Origin: an uncultured Gammaproteobacteria bacterium
GTDB lineage: Bacteria > Pseudomonadota > Gammaproteobacteria > Steroidobacterales > Steroidobacteraceae
NCBI GenBank assembly: GCA_963783185.1
Contig: CAWAMT010000008.1
Coordinates: forward strand, 126,827 to 190,826
Direction of reading: 5' to 3'
Length of the DNA: 64,000 nucleotides
The notes below the pieces were generated by a model. That model did no database searches. It was not told the origin of the DNA and worked only from the letters and a program-made list of their open reading frames with translations. A program made the position numbers and the translations under genes. Of this stretch, positions 20,015-34,323 are shown one piece after another; the first letter of the stretch is position 1; each line of letters opens with the position of its first letter.

Positions 20015-22632
20015 TCATGTGCCCCCGGCGTCGAGCTGTTGCAGGCGGAATAGCATATCCAGTGCTTCGCGCGGACTCAAAGCGTTGGGATCGACGGTGC
20101 GCAAGGCTTCGAGGGCGGCCGATTCTGTGCGCGCGACGCTAAGCGGCGCGAGGAACAGGGGCAGTTCGGATTGCGGCGACACCGAGTTTCTCAAGGCGTC
20201 GCGTTCGCGCTCCAGTTCGGTCAGATAGCGGCGAGCCGCGGCGGTGACGGATTTGGGAATGCCGGCGAGCGCGGCAACTTGCAATCCGTAGCTCTGATTC
20301 GCGGGGCCTTCCTTGACGCTGTGCAAGAACACCAACGTGTCGGCATGTTCGACTGCTTCCACGTGCACGTTGACCACGCCGGGCGTCTCGCCGGCAAGAC
20401 TGGTCAGCTCGAAATAATGAGTGGCGAATAGCGTGAAGGCACGGATTTTGGTGGCTATAAAGGCAGCGCACGCCCAGGCCAGCGACAACCCGTCGAAGGT
20501 ACTGGTGCCGCGGCCGACCTCGTCCATCAATACCAAGCTCCTGTTCGTGGCATTGTGGAGAATATTCGCCGTCTCGGTCATTTCGAGCATGAACGTCGAG
20601 CGGCCGCCGGCAAGATCATCCGAGGCGCCGATGCGCGTGAAAATGCGATCGAGCGGTCCGATGCACGGCGCGCTTCGCCGGCACGAAGCAGCCGATGTGC
20701 GCGAGTATGGCGATCAGCGCCGTCTGGCGCATGTAGGTGCTCTTACCGCCCATGTTCGGGCCGGTGATGATGAGCATGCGCCGTGCCTCATCGAATCGTA
20801 GGTCGTTCGGAATGAACGGTTCGCGGCTGGCGCGCTCGACCACCGGATGGCGGCCGCCGTCGATGTGAAGCATCGGCGTCTGCACCAGCTCCGGCTGCAC
20901 GCAATCGAGCGTCGTGGCGCGTTCAGCGAAACAGGTCAGGACATCGAGCTGGGCAATTGCCGCAGTGGTTTTTTGCAGCGCCGGTAATCGCGCCGTGAGC
21001 ATGTCGAGTATGCCGTCATAGAGCTCTTTCTCGCGGGCGAGAGCGCGATCGCGCGCTCCTAGCACCTTGTCCTCGAAGGACTTCAGTTCGGGCGTGATGA
21101 ACCGTTCGGCGGATTTCACAGTCTGGCGGCGCAGATAGTCTTTCGGGACTTGATCGGCTTGCGAGCGGCTGACTTCGATGAAGAATCCCTGTACCCGATT
21201 GAAGCCGAGCTTCAAGCTGGACAGGCCGCTGCGCTCACGTTCTCGGCGCTCGAGATCGAGCAAAAACTGTTCGGTGTTGCTGCCGAGCAGGCGCAGTTCG
21301 TCGAGTTCCGCATCGTAGCCGGGAGCGATCACGCCGCCGTCTCGCAAGAAATGCGGCGGCGAGTCGACGATGGCGCGCACCAGCAGCGCATGCTCGTCGC
21401 GATGATCGCTGAATTCCCCGAGAAGGTGTGCAATCAACGGCGCGGGTGTCGTACCCGCCTGCATGTGCAGAGCGACTGGTGCAGGTCCGGCAGCGCAGCG
21501 AGCGCCGCGCGCAAGCTGTGCAAGATCCCGCGGCCGCGCCGAACGCAAGGCGATCCGGGCCAAGATGCGCTCCAGGTCGCCGATAGGCGCGCAGCGATTC
21601 GGCGAGCGCTGCGTGGCGCGAACCTTCGATCAGTGTCGCAACCGCCTGATAGCGCGTGCGCAACGTATGCGTGGTCTCGCAGGGCCGATGCAGCCAGCGG
21701 CGCAGCATGCGAGCCGCCCATCGCGGTGACGGTATGGTCGAATACGCCGGCAAGGGTCAATTCGGGCTTGCCGGCGAGGCTCTCGTCGAGTTCCAAGATT
21801 GCGCCGGGTCGCAGGATCCATGATCAGCGCCGCCGTCGTGTTCTTCGGAGGTGAGCGACAGCAGATGCGGCAGTGCCGCCTTTTGCGTCTCGCGCACATA
21901 GGCGAGCAGCGCACCGGCGGCGGCGACTCCGAGAGGTTTGTCGGCGCAGCCGAATCCGCGCAAGATCTCGAGTGTGAAATTGCTCGGCGAGCGCGCGGGT
22001 CGCCGAATCCGTGTCGAAATGCCACGGCGGGCGCAGCCGCCACGAGCGGTCCGATGCATACGGCCGCCCGCGCTCGGCGGTTGGGCGCCGTCCGGCGCCA
22101 ACAACTCGGCGGGACGCAGCCGTTCGAGCTCCGCCTCGAGCGCCGCGCCGCCGGCGAGTTCCATGACGCTGAAGCGGCCGGCCGACAGATCGAGCCAGGC
22201 GAGACCGAAGCGGCCGTTGGCGCCGCAGACGCTCGCGAGCACGTTGTCGCGACGCTCGTCGAGAAGCGCCTCGTCGGTGACGGTGCCCGGCGTGACGATG
22301 CGCACGACCTCGCGCTCCATCGGACCCTTGGTCTTGCCTGGATCGCCGCGCTGCTCGCAAATGGCGACCGATTCACCCTTGCGCACCAGGCGCGCCAAAT
22401 AGGTGTCGAGGGTGACGGCCGGCACGCCGGCCATGGGAATCGGCGCGCCGGCGGAGGCGCCGCGCTGCGTCAGCGCGATATCCAGCAATTGCGCCGCGCG
22501 GCGCGCGTCGTCGTAGAACATCTCGTAAAAATCGCCCATGCGATAGAACAACAGCACGTTGGGGTGCTGGGCCTTGATGCGCAGATACTGCTGCATCATG
22601 GGGGTGTGCTCTACCGGGGCGCTCGTGCTCAT
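20015..22632 (-). CDS. mutS: DNA mismatch repair protein MutS (at least five frame breaks)
   Basis: ATG 22632: [39 protein letters not shown]. Later fragments carry ...[11 protein letters not shown]..., [18 protein letters not shown] and [14 protein letters not shown]...[14 protein letters not shown], spread over ORFs 21757..22674, 21434..21796, 21235..21753, 20616..21563 and 20015..20590. Confidence 0.9.
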
Positions 22633-22731
22633 GCGCGCGCATTGTCCACGTCTGGGGCTGCTGGCAATCCGCACAGGTCAAGACTGAGTCATGCCGTGCG
22701 GGCCGTGAAGGGGCAATCGCTCGAGGGGATC

Positions 22732-23236
22732 ATGATGAAGGGTACGGATGGCGAGATTTTGCGCCTCGCCGCCCGGGTGGGGCGGCATCTGCTTCAAACC
22801 GGACGGTCCGGTGGCAACCGCGGAGTCGTGTACCGGCGGCTGGATCGCCAAAGCTCTGACGGACATCGCCGGCAGCTCACAGTGGTTCAGCGAAGGGTTC
22901 GTAACGTATAGCAACGACGCGAAGTTGCGCCGGCTCGGCGTGCCGCGCTCGCTGCTCGAAAGCGACGGGGCGGTGAGCGAGGCGGTGGCCTGCGCGATGG
23001 CCGGCGGGGCGCTGCATCGCACGGACGCGCACCTCTGGCGGTGGCGGTGACCGGAATTGCCGGCCCCGATGGGGCGGTGCCGGGCAAACCCGTGGGAACG
23101 GTGTGGCTGTGCTGGGCGGAGCGGCGCGGGCGCGCGAGTTCTGCTGACCGCGCAGCGCAGGCGATTTCGCGGCGACCGCGACGCCGTGCGGCGAAAAACG
23201 GTGCGCCTGGCCCTGGCCGGGCTGCTCGAGCGTTGA
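22732..23236 (+). CDS. pncC: nicotinamide-nucleotide amidohydrolase PncC / CinA C-terminal domain (frame breaks)
   Basis: [21 protein letters not shown]..., then [22 protein letters not shown]..., [11 protein letters not shown]...KPVGTVW, and in another frame [23 protein letters not shown] ending at TGA 23234-23236. Confidence 0.75.
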
Positions 23237-23263
23237 CGATCTGCGCGGCGAGAAGCTTCCGTC

Positions 23264-23798
23264 GTGCGATTGTTTTTTGCGCATATTCCCCGATAGCGAA
23301 ACGCGACAGCGCATCACCGCGTGCCGCTCTAGAACTCGGGCTCAGCCGGCATCGCCACGGTGCCGCCTGAAAACTACACATGACACTGGCTTTCGTCGGG
23401 GAGGTGCCCGCATCGCAAGTCGCTGCCTTGCGCGAGATCGGCGGCGCGCAGCGGATACCCGCGTTTACCGTCCGGTTCGATGCGTACGAGTACTGGCCGA
23501 AGGCCAAAGTGGTGGTGGCGGCAGCCCGCGAGTCTCCCGCGTCGCTGGAGCTATTGTGGCGACAGATTCATGCGCGACCTCGCGAAGCACAACTTGGCGC
23601 CCGCACACTGCAGCGTCTTCGGCCGCATGTAACTCTGGCGAGGAAGGTCTCGCAAGCCCCTGTGCTGCAAGCAATGTCTGCATTCGACTGGACGGTGCGC
23701 AGGCATTCAGTCTGATGCATTCGGATACGGCCGGCGCACGACCCATCTATACAGTAGTCGACACCTGGCCACTACTGGATGAGGCGCGGCAACGCTAG
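23264..23798 (+). CDS. thpR: RNA 2',3'-cyclic phosphodiesterase ThpR/LigT (frame breaks)
   Basis: GTG 23264 gives MRLFFA..., with two HxTL motifs (HMTLAFVGEV; PHVTLARK) and a C-terminal ...FSLMHSDTAGARPIYTVVDTWPL in a shifted frame. Confidence 0.65.
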
Positions 23799-23883
23799 AG
23801 AAACTCTGTCATTTCGATGCATATGAGATGAGCGCGGGCGCTGAATATGAAATAATGGCGCCACACTTCGTCAAGGACTCCCC

Positions 23884-24915
23884 ATGGAAGAGAATCGCAA
23901 GAAGGCTCTCGCGGCTGCGCTGAGCCAAATCGAGAAGCAGTTTGGTAAAGGCTCCGTGATGCGTTTGGGCGACGCCGGCGCCACGTACGAGGTGGATTCG
24001 ATTCCCACCGGCTCGTTGGGCCTCGACATCGCGCTTGGAGTCGGCGGCATTCCGCGCGGCAGAGTGATCGAGATTTTCGGGCCCGAGTCCTCGGGCAAAA
24101 CAACACTCACGCTCGCCATCATCGCCTCGGCGCAGAGCAACGGCGGCACCGCGGCGTTCGTCGACGCCGAGCATGCGCTTGATCCGGTGTACGCGGAGAA
24201 ATTAGGCGTCAAGGTCAACGATTTGCTGGTGTCGCAGCCGGACACGGGCGAACAGGCGCTGGAGATCACCGACATGCTGGTGCGCTCGGGCGCTGTCGAT
24301 GTGGTCGTCGTCGATTCGGTCGCTGCGCTCACGCCGAAAGCGGAGATCGAGGGCGAAATGGGCGATCAGCACATGGGCTTGCAGGCGCGCCTCATGTCGC
24401 AGGCGCTGCGCAAGTTCACCGGCAACATCAAGCGCTCGAACACCATCGTCATTTTCATCAATCAGATCCGCATGAAAATCGGCGTGATGTTCGGCAATCC
24501 GGAAACCACTACCGGCGGCAATGCGCTGAAATTCTATTCTTCGGTGCGCATGGATATTCGGCGCATCGGCGCGATCAAGAATGGCGAGGAAGTCGTGGGG
24601 TCGATGACGCGCGTCAAGGTCGTCAAGAACAAAGTGGCGCCGCCGTTTCGCGAGACCGAGTTCGAGATCATGTACGGTACCGGCATCTCCAAGGAAGGCG
24701 AACTCATCGAGCTCGGCGTGCTGCACAATTTGGTCGAAAAATCCGGCTCTTGGTACAGCTACAAGGGCGAGCGCATCGGCCAGGGCAAGGACAATGCCCG
24801 AACATTTTTGCAGCAGCATCCGGAAATCGCGAAGGACATCGAGGGGCAAATTCGCGCCAAGTTGATTCCGGAAAAGGCGACCATGAATCGGGGTGGCGAC
24901 GCCAAAGAGGCGTAA
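23884..24915 (+). CDS. recA: recombinase RecA
   Basis: Intact 343-aa [32 protein letters not shown], Walker [10 protein letters not shown], ...[10 protein letters not shown]... Confidence 0.98.
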   Translation: MEENRKKALAAALSQIEKQFGKGSVMRLGDAGATYEVDSIPTGSLGLDIALGVGGIPRGRVIEIFGPESSGKTTLTLAIIASAQSNGGTAAFVDAEHALDPVYAEKLGVKVNDLLVSQPDTGEQALEITDMLVRSGAVDVVVVDSVAALTPKAEIEGEMGDQHMGLQARLMSQALRKFTGNIKRSNTIVIFINQIRMKIGVMFGNPETTTGGNALKFYSSVRMDIRRIGAIKNGEEVVGSMTRVKVVKNKVAPPFRETEFEIMYGTGISKEGELIELGVLHNLVEKSGSWYSYKGERIGQGKDNARTFLQQHPEIAKDIEGQIRAKLIPEKATMNRGGDAKEA

Positions 24916-25405
24916 CATCTGGGCCGCCGCGAGGTAGATCCGCTCGATTCGCGCGCGGCTCGGGTCGCGGCGCTCGATGCGTTGGCGCGGCGCGACCACG
25001 CATCCGGGGAATTGCGCCGCAAACTGCTCGACAAGGGTTACGACTCGGCCGTCGTCGACCAGCTGATCGAGCGGCTTGCGCGCCGAGAAATTGGTCGATG
25101 ATCGGCCGCTACTTGGAGAATTTCGTCGCCTATCATGCGGCGCGCGGCCATGGCCCCAACCGGGTGCGCGCGGATTTGCGCAAGATCGGACATGCACGGC
25201 GAGCAAGTCGAGGCATGCATCGAGGCCTATCCCGACTGGATCGCTGCAGCTGCGAAGGGCGCGACAAAAGAAGTTTGGCACTTCGCTGCCGAGCAATTAC
25301 GCTGATCGACAGCGCCAGGCGCGATTCCTAGGTTACCGAGGTTTCACGGGCGCTCAGATTCGAATGGCTTTAGGCTTTGACACCGACCTTGATATAGACA
25401 CCTAA
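24916..25405 (+). CDS. recX: recombination regulator RecX (several frame breaks, start not resolved)
   Basis: Pieced translation: ...ARAARVAALDALARRDHASGELRRKLLDKGYDSAVVDQLIERL...LVDDRRYLENFVAYHAARGHGPNRVRADLRKIG...EACIEAYPDW...KKFGTSLPSNYADRQRQARFLGYRGFTGAQIRMAL. Stop TAA at 25403-25405. No start codon seen in the first frame after the recA stop. Confidence 0.6.
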
Positions 25406-28045
<2,640 letters not shown>

Positions 28046-28240
28046 ACGGTTTGTTTATTTTGATCAAGAAGATGCAACAATTGCATTTAGTATTCTTGTA
28101 TTCTTGGGTGATTAATCAGTAGAGTTTCTTGTTGCGACATCGATAGCCGGCTTCGCATGCGACGAGTGCTCGACGGCGAGTGGTCTCAAAGGCGGTCAAT
28201 TCCGCCGCAGTAATTGCCAAGGAAGATTAGGAGCACGAAT

Positions 28241-28465
28241 ATGTTGATATTGACGAGGCGTGTCGGTGAAACCGTAATGATCGGCAACGAAGTAACGGTT
28301 ACCGTATTGGGCGTCAAGGGCAACCAAGTGCGTATAGGGGTCAATGCTCCCAAGGATGTCGCGGTTCACCGCGAAGAGATCTACGAGCGCATCAAGCGCG
28401 AAGAGGATCATGACGGCCGAACCGCCCGGTTCGGTCGCGAAAGTCGTCGACGACGCCTGAAATAG
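28241..28465 (+). CDS. csrA: carbon storage regulator CsrA/RsmA
   Basis: [55 protein letters not shown] aggag at 28229-28233. GGA motifs in the leader. Confidence 0.95.
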   Translation: MLILTRRVGETVMIGNEVTVTVLGVKGNQVRIGVNAPKDVAVHREEIYERIKREEDHDGRTARFGRESRRRRLK

Positions 28466-28547
28466 GCGTTTAGACTCCTATCGCTTTACCTAGACTGCTC
28501 CGCACGGGTATCATCCCGCGCTCCTTGATGGGGCTAGAGCCCGATCC

Positions 28548-28638
28548 GGAGAGGTGGCCGAGTGGTCGAAGGCGCGCCCCTGCTAAGGGCGTATGGGTCA
28601 AAAGCCCATCGAGGGTTCGAATCCCTCCCTCTCCGCCA
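28548..28638 (+). tRNA. tRNA-Ser (anticodon GCU)
   Basis: Acceptor stem ggagagg/cctctcc, long variable arm, anticodon loop ct-GCT-aa, T-arm gaggg-ttcgaat-ccctc, encoded CCA. Closely resembles E. coli serV. Confidence 0.9.
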
Positions 28639-28665
28639 TGTATTTGCCTTCGATTTGCTCAATGC

Positions 28666-28742
28666 GCGCCCGTAGCTCAGTTGGATAGAGCGCCTGGCTA
28701 CGAACCAGGAGGTCGGGAGTTCGAATCTCTCCGGGCGCGCCA
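28666..28742 (+). tRNA. tRNA-Arg (anticodon ACG)
   Basis: Acceptor stem gcgcccg/cgggcgc, D-loop agctcagttggatagagc, anticodon stem cctgg/ccagg with loop ct-ACG-aa, T-loop ttcgaat, encoded CCA. Confidence 0.9.
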
Positions 28743-28758
28743 TATGTCCAAGAAAAAT

Positions 28759-28782
28759 GCCGGCTCCGAGCCGGCGTTTCTT
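28759..28782 (+). terminator. rho-independent terminator after the tRNA pair
   Basis: Stem gccggct/agccggc (28759-28775) followed by gtttctt. Confidence 0.6.
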
Positions 28783-28930
28783 GGGCCCAGTGCAACGTTC
28801 GTTTGGAACTCCCGGCCGACGAAGGCCGTGGAGTTCGACAACTTGGCCGCAGGCCAAGTTGGACGCCCGGAGCGAAGCGACGGCGGTCCCGAGCGTAAGC
28901 GAGGGATGAGCGGCCGTCGCGGCCGCGAAC

Positions 28931-28949
28931 AATCTCTCCGGGCGCACCA
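28931..28949 (+). repeat. direct repeat of the tRNA-Arg 3' end (att-like)
   Basis: aatctctccgggcgcacca versus the tRNA 3' end aatctctccgggcgcgcca (28724-28742): 18 of 19 nt identical. Confidence 0.7.
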
Positions 28950-29075
28950 GTCAATCAAGAACTCGCGGCCCAGGTATCCAGCAAAGGTGCCGCACGGCAT
29001 GAATATACGTATCTTGAGTCTTGGTGGCAGCTTGTGCATCCGAATGTCTTCGATCATGCGACGATGCAGCGGTGA
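28950..29075 (-). pseudogene. remnant of a tyrosine recombinase/integrase N-terminus (SAM-like domain), truncated at the att-like repeat
   Basis: The minus strand reads ...ISPLHRRMIEDIRMHKLPP(R) / TQDTYIHAVRH / (F)AGYLGREFLID across shifted frames. This resembles the PLRQRMIEDMQ(L/I)RNLS..TQ..Y motif of integrase N-terminal domains. Only about 40 codons remain, and the call rests on remembered motifs. Confidence 0.35.
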
Positions 29076-29237
29076 GATCTTACGATACGAGGCGGAAATG
29101 CCTCACTTCGCAGCTTGCGAAGGAAACCCATTTGATAGGTGAAACGCGGATGTTTTGCGATAATCTGGCGCCAATGATCCGGCGCTGAGCGCCGTCGGCG
29201 GCAGATTAGCGACGCCAGCGACAGCCCGAACAATCGC

Positions 29238-31239
29238 GTGATTGCGGGAGTTCAGTCCTTGTCGATCGAAAGTATTCAGCGCCGACCGCGGATTTGGCCT
29301 CCTTGGACTTCGACGCCTGCACAGTGGGATTCCGCGTGGCTCCTCGCTGTTTGCCTTGTTCTGTCCTCGCAAGTGCTAGCGCAGCAGCGTGCTCAGGACA
29401 ATGCCGTGACTGTGGCCGATGACGCCTTTGGCACGGCCATCGGCCTGCAAAATGTCGGGTTGTATTCCGCGACCGATGCGCGAGGCTTCAATCCCCAACA
29501 AGCGGGTAACCTAAGGATCGAGGGTCTTTACTTCGACCAGCAGACCTGGGTCACGAGCCCTTGCATGGTGCGTGAGACCGCTATGCGCATCGGGATTGCT
29601 GCGCAGGCCTACTCGTTTCCATCCCCGACCGGGATCGCCGACTTGAGCTTGCGTACGCCGGGCGATCAATGGGCATTCAGTGGTCTCTCGAGCCTCGGAC
29701 CGTTCAACGGCCGTACGATACAATTGGAAGAACAGATTCCGATCATTTCGAAGACCTTGAGTGCTGATGTTTGCGGTGGCTATTATCGAAACGTCAATCC
29801 GGACCAGAATCGTCAGGACGGCACCGCGGACTTCGGAACCACTCTGCGTTGGCGACCCGGCGAAAAGACTGAAATAATTCCATTCTGCTCGTATCTGGTC
29901 GGCGGCGGCCACCAGAGCCTGCCGGCCGTCTATACCGATGGGACCGTGCCCCTGCCGCAATTTCGCGAACGCGATCTCGCCAGTCAAACATGGACGACGC
30001 AAGCATGGCGCATGACCACGCTCGGCACGGTAGTCAAGAGCGAGCTGACGGATCGGTGGCAACTGGCCGCCGGACTGTTTCATTCGCAGGAGCATGACCC
30101 CTGGAATTTCAGTCCCTATCTGCAGTTAAATGCCAACGGTACGGCGAATTCGTTCGTTGACGTCACGCCGCCGTTAGATTCCAGCTCCACCTCCGGGGAG
30201 GTGCATCTCAGCGGAGTCGCGACGCAGGACGTACATCGACACAAGCTGGAATTTGCGATTCGCGGTCGCACCGTTGACCATAGCTACGGCGGCGATGACA
30301 ACCTGAATTTCGGCAACATCGATCTGCAGAGCCAAACGCAATTTGTGCAGCCGCCGATCGTGCTGACACAGCAGAGTCAAGACCTCACGCGCGAACTCGA
30401 TGTCGGCGCGACCTACGAAGAGCGTTGGCAGGGTTTGGGGTCGGCAGCAATCGGGGTACTGAAGGATAACTATCGGCGCACAAACGAAGTGCCATCATTG
30501 ATGCCCGCGACATTCCGTACCACCCCCTGGTTGTTCAATCTGCGGATGGCGCTCGAGGGTGGGAGGAGCCTCCTCTACTACGGCAGCTATACGCAAGGAC
30601 TGGAAGATTCGGCCCTCGCGCCAGTCTCTGCAGTCAATCGCGGCGAGCCGCCGGCTGCGGCGCGCACGTGGCAAGTGGACGGCGGCATACGCTTTGCGCC
30701 CGGTGAGAGGCTGCGAGTGATTGTGGGCGTGTTCGATATTCATAAGCCGTACCTGAATCTCGATGCCGCGAACGTTTACCGGCCTCTCGGCCGCTTGTAC
30801 AACGAAGGTCTCGAGACTTCGCTGTCGTATAGCAGCGCGGGGCTTACCTTGCTGGCGGGCAGCGTGTGGCTGCGGCCCCGTGTCGATCTGACCGTCATGC
30901 AGCCCGGAGCGACCGGCAGCGAACCCATTGGTCCTGTGCCGCTAACCCTGACCGCCAATCTAGATTACGCCCCCCAAGTTGGGGTCCCTGGGCCGGGTCG
31001 CTGGCGTGGAACCGACTTTCGTCCCGATATTCGACGAGCGACGATATGCAGCGTTTGCCGCCGCTCGACACCGTGGGCGCGGGCGCGCGCTACCAATGGA
31101 AGCTACGTGATAACTCGTGGACCTTGCGGTTCGACGGCTTTAATTTGGCCAATGCCCAGGGCCTGCATGTCTCCGCTCTCGGCTTGGTGCTGCCGGAACA
31201 GACCGCCACTACGCGCTGACGCTTGCAACAGACTTTTAG
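29238..31239 (+). CDS. TonB-dependent-receptor-like outer membrane protein (frame breaks near 30975 and 31205)
   Basis: Signal-peptide-like AWLLAVCLVLSSQVLAQQ and plug-like N-terminus. Beta-barrel-type sequence continues in ORF 30866..31219 (...GAGARYQWKLRDNSWTLRFDGFNLANAQG...). The typical terminal ...RHYALTLATDF is followed by TAG at 31237-31239 in a third frame. Confidence 0.65.
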
Positions 31240-31531
31240 GCTGCAATCCCAGGGGAGCACTTACTGATGGGGAGATTCCGCTTGCAGAGCAAAGTCACGA
31301 CGCTAAGAACTATCTCGCCAACCGAGTCGCCCTTCGAGGAAGCTATCCCTCATCTCGGTTCCACCAAGCCTCTCAAAATAGCGCTAGGATGCGACGCAAC
31401 GAATGAATCTAAATGATCACGGTTCCAGAGGTGTCGCAGGGCTGAGCCGCCGGCGGAAGAACGCCAAAATACGATTGCAATGAAATAAAGCGGCGCCTAT
31501 CGCCGCAGCAAATTGGCGGCTTCGTGAGGGC

Positions 31532-32979
31532 TTGCGGTTGACGAAAAAGGTCGCGACTCTTTCTCAGTGGGCGTTCGCATGCAGCGGAGTACCGACCACG
31601 GGCATCATCAGCAATGGGATCGACTATTTCCTCTTCTTTTTCTACAGCCAGGTCATTGGCCTTTCCGCGGCTCTGACCGGCCTTGCGCTCGCAATTGCGC
31701 TGACGTTTGACGCCGTATTCAATCCACTGGTCGGATACCTGTCGGATAACTGGCGATCGCGGCTCGGGCGGCGCCTCCCGTTCATGTACGCGTCGATACT
31801 TCCGATGACCCTGTTGTATGTGCTGGTTTGGTATCCGCCGGCTGGTTCGCGGTCGCAATGGAGTTCGTTCGGGTACCTTTTGACGGTGTTAATCCTCTTG
31901 CGGCTGTCGATGATGATGTTCGACGTGCCAGTCCGAACGTTGGTGGCGGAATTGACCCCCGATTATGATGAGCGGACCCGACTCGCGTCACTTCCGACTT
32001 CGGTCAGTTGGTTTACGGGTTCGATCATGACGATAGCGATGTACGCCATTTGGCTCAAAGATTCCGCCGAGCACGTGAACGGCCAGACCAATATCGCCGG
32101 ATACCGGCAGGCCGCTGTCGTCTGTGGCGCGGTGATCCTTGCTTCGCTGCTGTTCTCCACCGTGGGACTTCATCCGGAAATTCCTCATCTGCATGTGAAG
32201 ACCTCGGTCCAAACAGCCAGCCTCAAGGACATGGTTCGCTCTTTTGGCGAGCTGCTGCAAAACCGCTCGATGCGGGCGCTGCTCCTTTCCGGTCTGTTTG
32301 TGGGGACGGGTCTCGGCGTAACCGCTGCGCTTTGGATCTACCAGTACGGCTTCTTCTATGGGATGCGCAGTGAGCAGATGTCGCTGCTGACGATCATCGA
32401 GTCGCTGGCATCATTCGCGGTCGCTCCCGTGATCCGGCGGTATGTCGTCAAGGGCGACAAAAAGGTCATGGCGATCCGCTTTCTGACGGCATCCGTGGCC
32501 ATCAGCATGATCCTGCCGCCGCTGCTCTGCTTTGGGATGGCTTCCGGAGCGCGGCAGTAATGGTCTGTGGTACGTGCTGACGACCTATGATTTTCTCAGC
32601 CAGTTGATCTGGATCGTGACCGCTTCCATCATTTACTCACTCTATGCGGACGTTACGGATGACGTGGTGCTGGCGATAGGCAAACGTTTGGAGGGGGCGA
32701 TATTCGCGTGCCAGACATTTGTCGAGAGAGTCGCGATGGGCCTTGGCGCATTGCTTGCCGGCCTGCTGCTTACCATGATTCATTATCCAACGGCCGCCGA
32801 AAATGCGCCGATTCCAGCGGAGATCCTTACGCGACTCGGGTTAAGCTACATGGGCGCGTGGTTTGTATTCGCTTCCATCGGAATCTGGTTCCTTTCCAAA
32901 TATGAAATCACGCGTTCCTTACAGGCGGCGGAAGTCGATGTTACTGGAGCGGTCGGATGCCGGAACCGAGGATTGGTAG
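31532..32979 (+). CDS. GPH/MFS-type cation symporter (frame breaks near 32540 and 32940; 3' end inferred)
   Basis: ...IDYFLFFFYSQVIGLSAALTGLALAIALTFDAVFNPLVGYLSDNWRSRLGRRLPFM is a MelB/GPH-like N-terminus. Continues in ORF 32532... A likely real C-terminus, LLERSDAGTEDW, stops at 32977-32979 in a shifted frame. Confidence 0.6.
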
Positions 32980-33009
32980 CATCGTGCCCTGAATATGTTC
33001 AGCTGCAGC

Positions 33010-33900
33010 TCAATCTCGAGTCGCCGGTTCTGCCGACAATGGTCGACGTAAATCCACGCTTCCCGGCAATTGCCCGCGCGCCGCAGCCTCCGCTTCATTT
33101 TGCTGCACCCAGACCGGGTCGTTACCGCCGTAATAGCCGAGTTGGTCGTGACCGGCGCCATGAGTCGTATATCCCAGGAGACGCCGGACTCTCTTGTCAT
33201 ACTGCCGTGCCACTTGCGGTGGAACCTCGAGACAGTGGTTCTCCTCCGAGCGAAGCCAGCCCAGACAATAGGTGTTGATAAGACCGGCCCGGGGAGAATG
33301 GCTGCGGTTTGCGCCACCGCCATGCCAAGTCGATCCCAGATAGAAAAGCGCGGAACCCTTCGGCATTACGGCGTTCGCCCAGTGTGTCAGGTCGGGCCGG
33401 TGCCAGGCGCGGAGAAAGCGATGACTGCCTGGGACGACGCGCGTCGCTCCATTCTCCGCCGTGAAGTCATTAAAAGACCACATCACCCCGATTTGAAGTT
33501 CGAGTCCTGCGACCTGAATCGGATAGGGCGTATCGTCGCGATGAAGTTGCTGGTCGCTCTCCCCCGGCAATATCTCAATACCCGTGGTGCTCCCGAGCTG
33601 ATAGTCGGCGCAAGACGGCAAGAGGATAGCATCGGCCACATTCAGTACCATCGGGTGAGCGATCAGTTCGGCGCAGCGCGGCGCGTAGCGCAGCACACCG
33701 CCACATCGAAGCGTCTTCGGACCACTGAAGCCCGTGCGTTGACTTTCGTCGAATTCATCGAGCGACGATCGCAGCTCGGCGGCGCAGGCGTCGATCAGTT
33801 CGACTGGAGCCAGATTGCGGACGATGACGCCACCATCGCGCCGCAGAACATCGACAACCGCTGCCGGTGATGCATTCGCATCAAATGACGTCAGTAACAT
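33010..33900 (-). CDS. phytanoyl-CoA dioxygenase (PhyH) family Fe(II)/2-oxoglutarate oxygenase
   Basis: 296-aa intact ORF. ...[11 protein letters not shown]...[12 protein letters not shown]...[17 protein letters not shown] gives the HxD...H facial triad pattern. Confidence 0.75.
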   Translation of the reverse strand: MLLTSFDANASPAAVVDVLRRDGGVIVRNLAPVELIDACAAELRSSLDEFDESQRTGFSGPKTLRCGGVLRYAPRCAELIAHPMVLNVADAILLPSCADYQLGSTTGIEILPGESDQQLHRDDTPYPIQVAGLELQIGVMWSFNDFTAENGATRVVPGSHRFLRAWHRPDLTHWANAVMPKGSALFYLGSTWHGGGANRSHSPRAGLINTYCLGWLRSEENHCLEVPPQVARQYDKRVRRLLGYTTHGAGHDQLGYYGGNDPVWVQQNEAEAAARGQLPGSVDLRRPLSAEPATRD

Positions 33901-34067
33901 AGTCGTTCCCCCGATTCTGCAATCAGCAGTGATGTTGGTAGATGCACCCTGTGTTTATCAAAGTGTAGGGACAAACAAGCACTTGAGGCGACTTATCGGA
34001 CGGAAACATTAGATGATTCGCGCATTGGTTTGATGCGAGAATCATTGACTTGTGAATGACCGACTGA

Positions 34068-34115
34068 CGGCCTACGAACCGGGAGGCCGGGAGTTCGAAT
34101 TTCTGCGGGCGCACC
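34068..34115 (+). repeat. partial tRNA-Arg (3' half from the anticodon loop to CCA), att-like
   Basis: ggcctacgaaccgggaggccgggagttcgaatttctgcgggcgcacca aligns with tRNA-Arg positions from ggctacgaaccaggaggtcgggagttcgaatctctccgggcgcgcca. The 5' half is absent. Confidence 0.75.
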
Positions 34116-34292
34116 AATACAATCAAACAGTTGCGAGCCGAGAGCCATAAATTTCGGACACATTCTTCGATCTGACGATCTATTAGATATGAAGGCCGAT
34201 GGCAAACACGAAGCAACATACCCGGCGAAATTAGACGTTTTGCGTGGTGACCTGAGATGCGAATCATTGACATGCAAATGATCGAGCGACGG

Positions 34293-34323
34293 ACCGGGAG
34301 GTCGGCGGTTCATATCTCTCGGC
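34293..34323 (+). repeat. degenerate third copy of the tRNA-Arg T-arm region
   Basis: accgggaggtcggcggttcatatctctcggc. Its left flank gaatcattgacatgcaaatgatcgagcgacgg also repeats the flank gaatcattgacttgtgaatgaccgactgacgg (34037-34067) of the previous copy. Confidence 0.5.

Noticed and set aside
20015-22632. mutS as a genuine pseudogene (hypermutator lineage)
   Set aside because: It is tempting because mutS has the most breaks. However, essential aspS and alaS show the same type of single-nt breaks, so sequence error is the more economical explanation. It cannot be settled without reads.
23799-23883. SOS/LexA box upstream of recA
   Set aside because: I looked for CTGT-N8-ACAG and for the Xanthomonas-type TTAGTA...TACTAA palindrome. 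Only a lone CTGT is present and there is no convincing palindrome.
24202-25296. 364-aa minus-strand ORF
   Set aside because: Antisense shadow of recA and recX.
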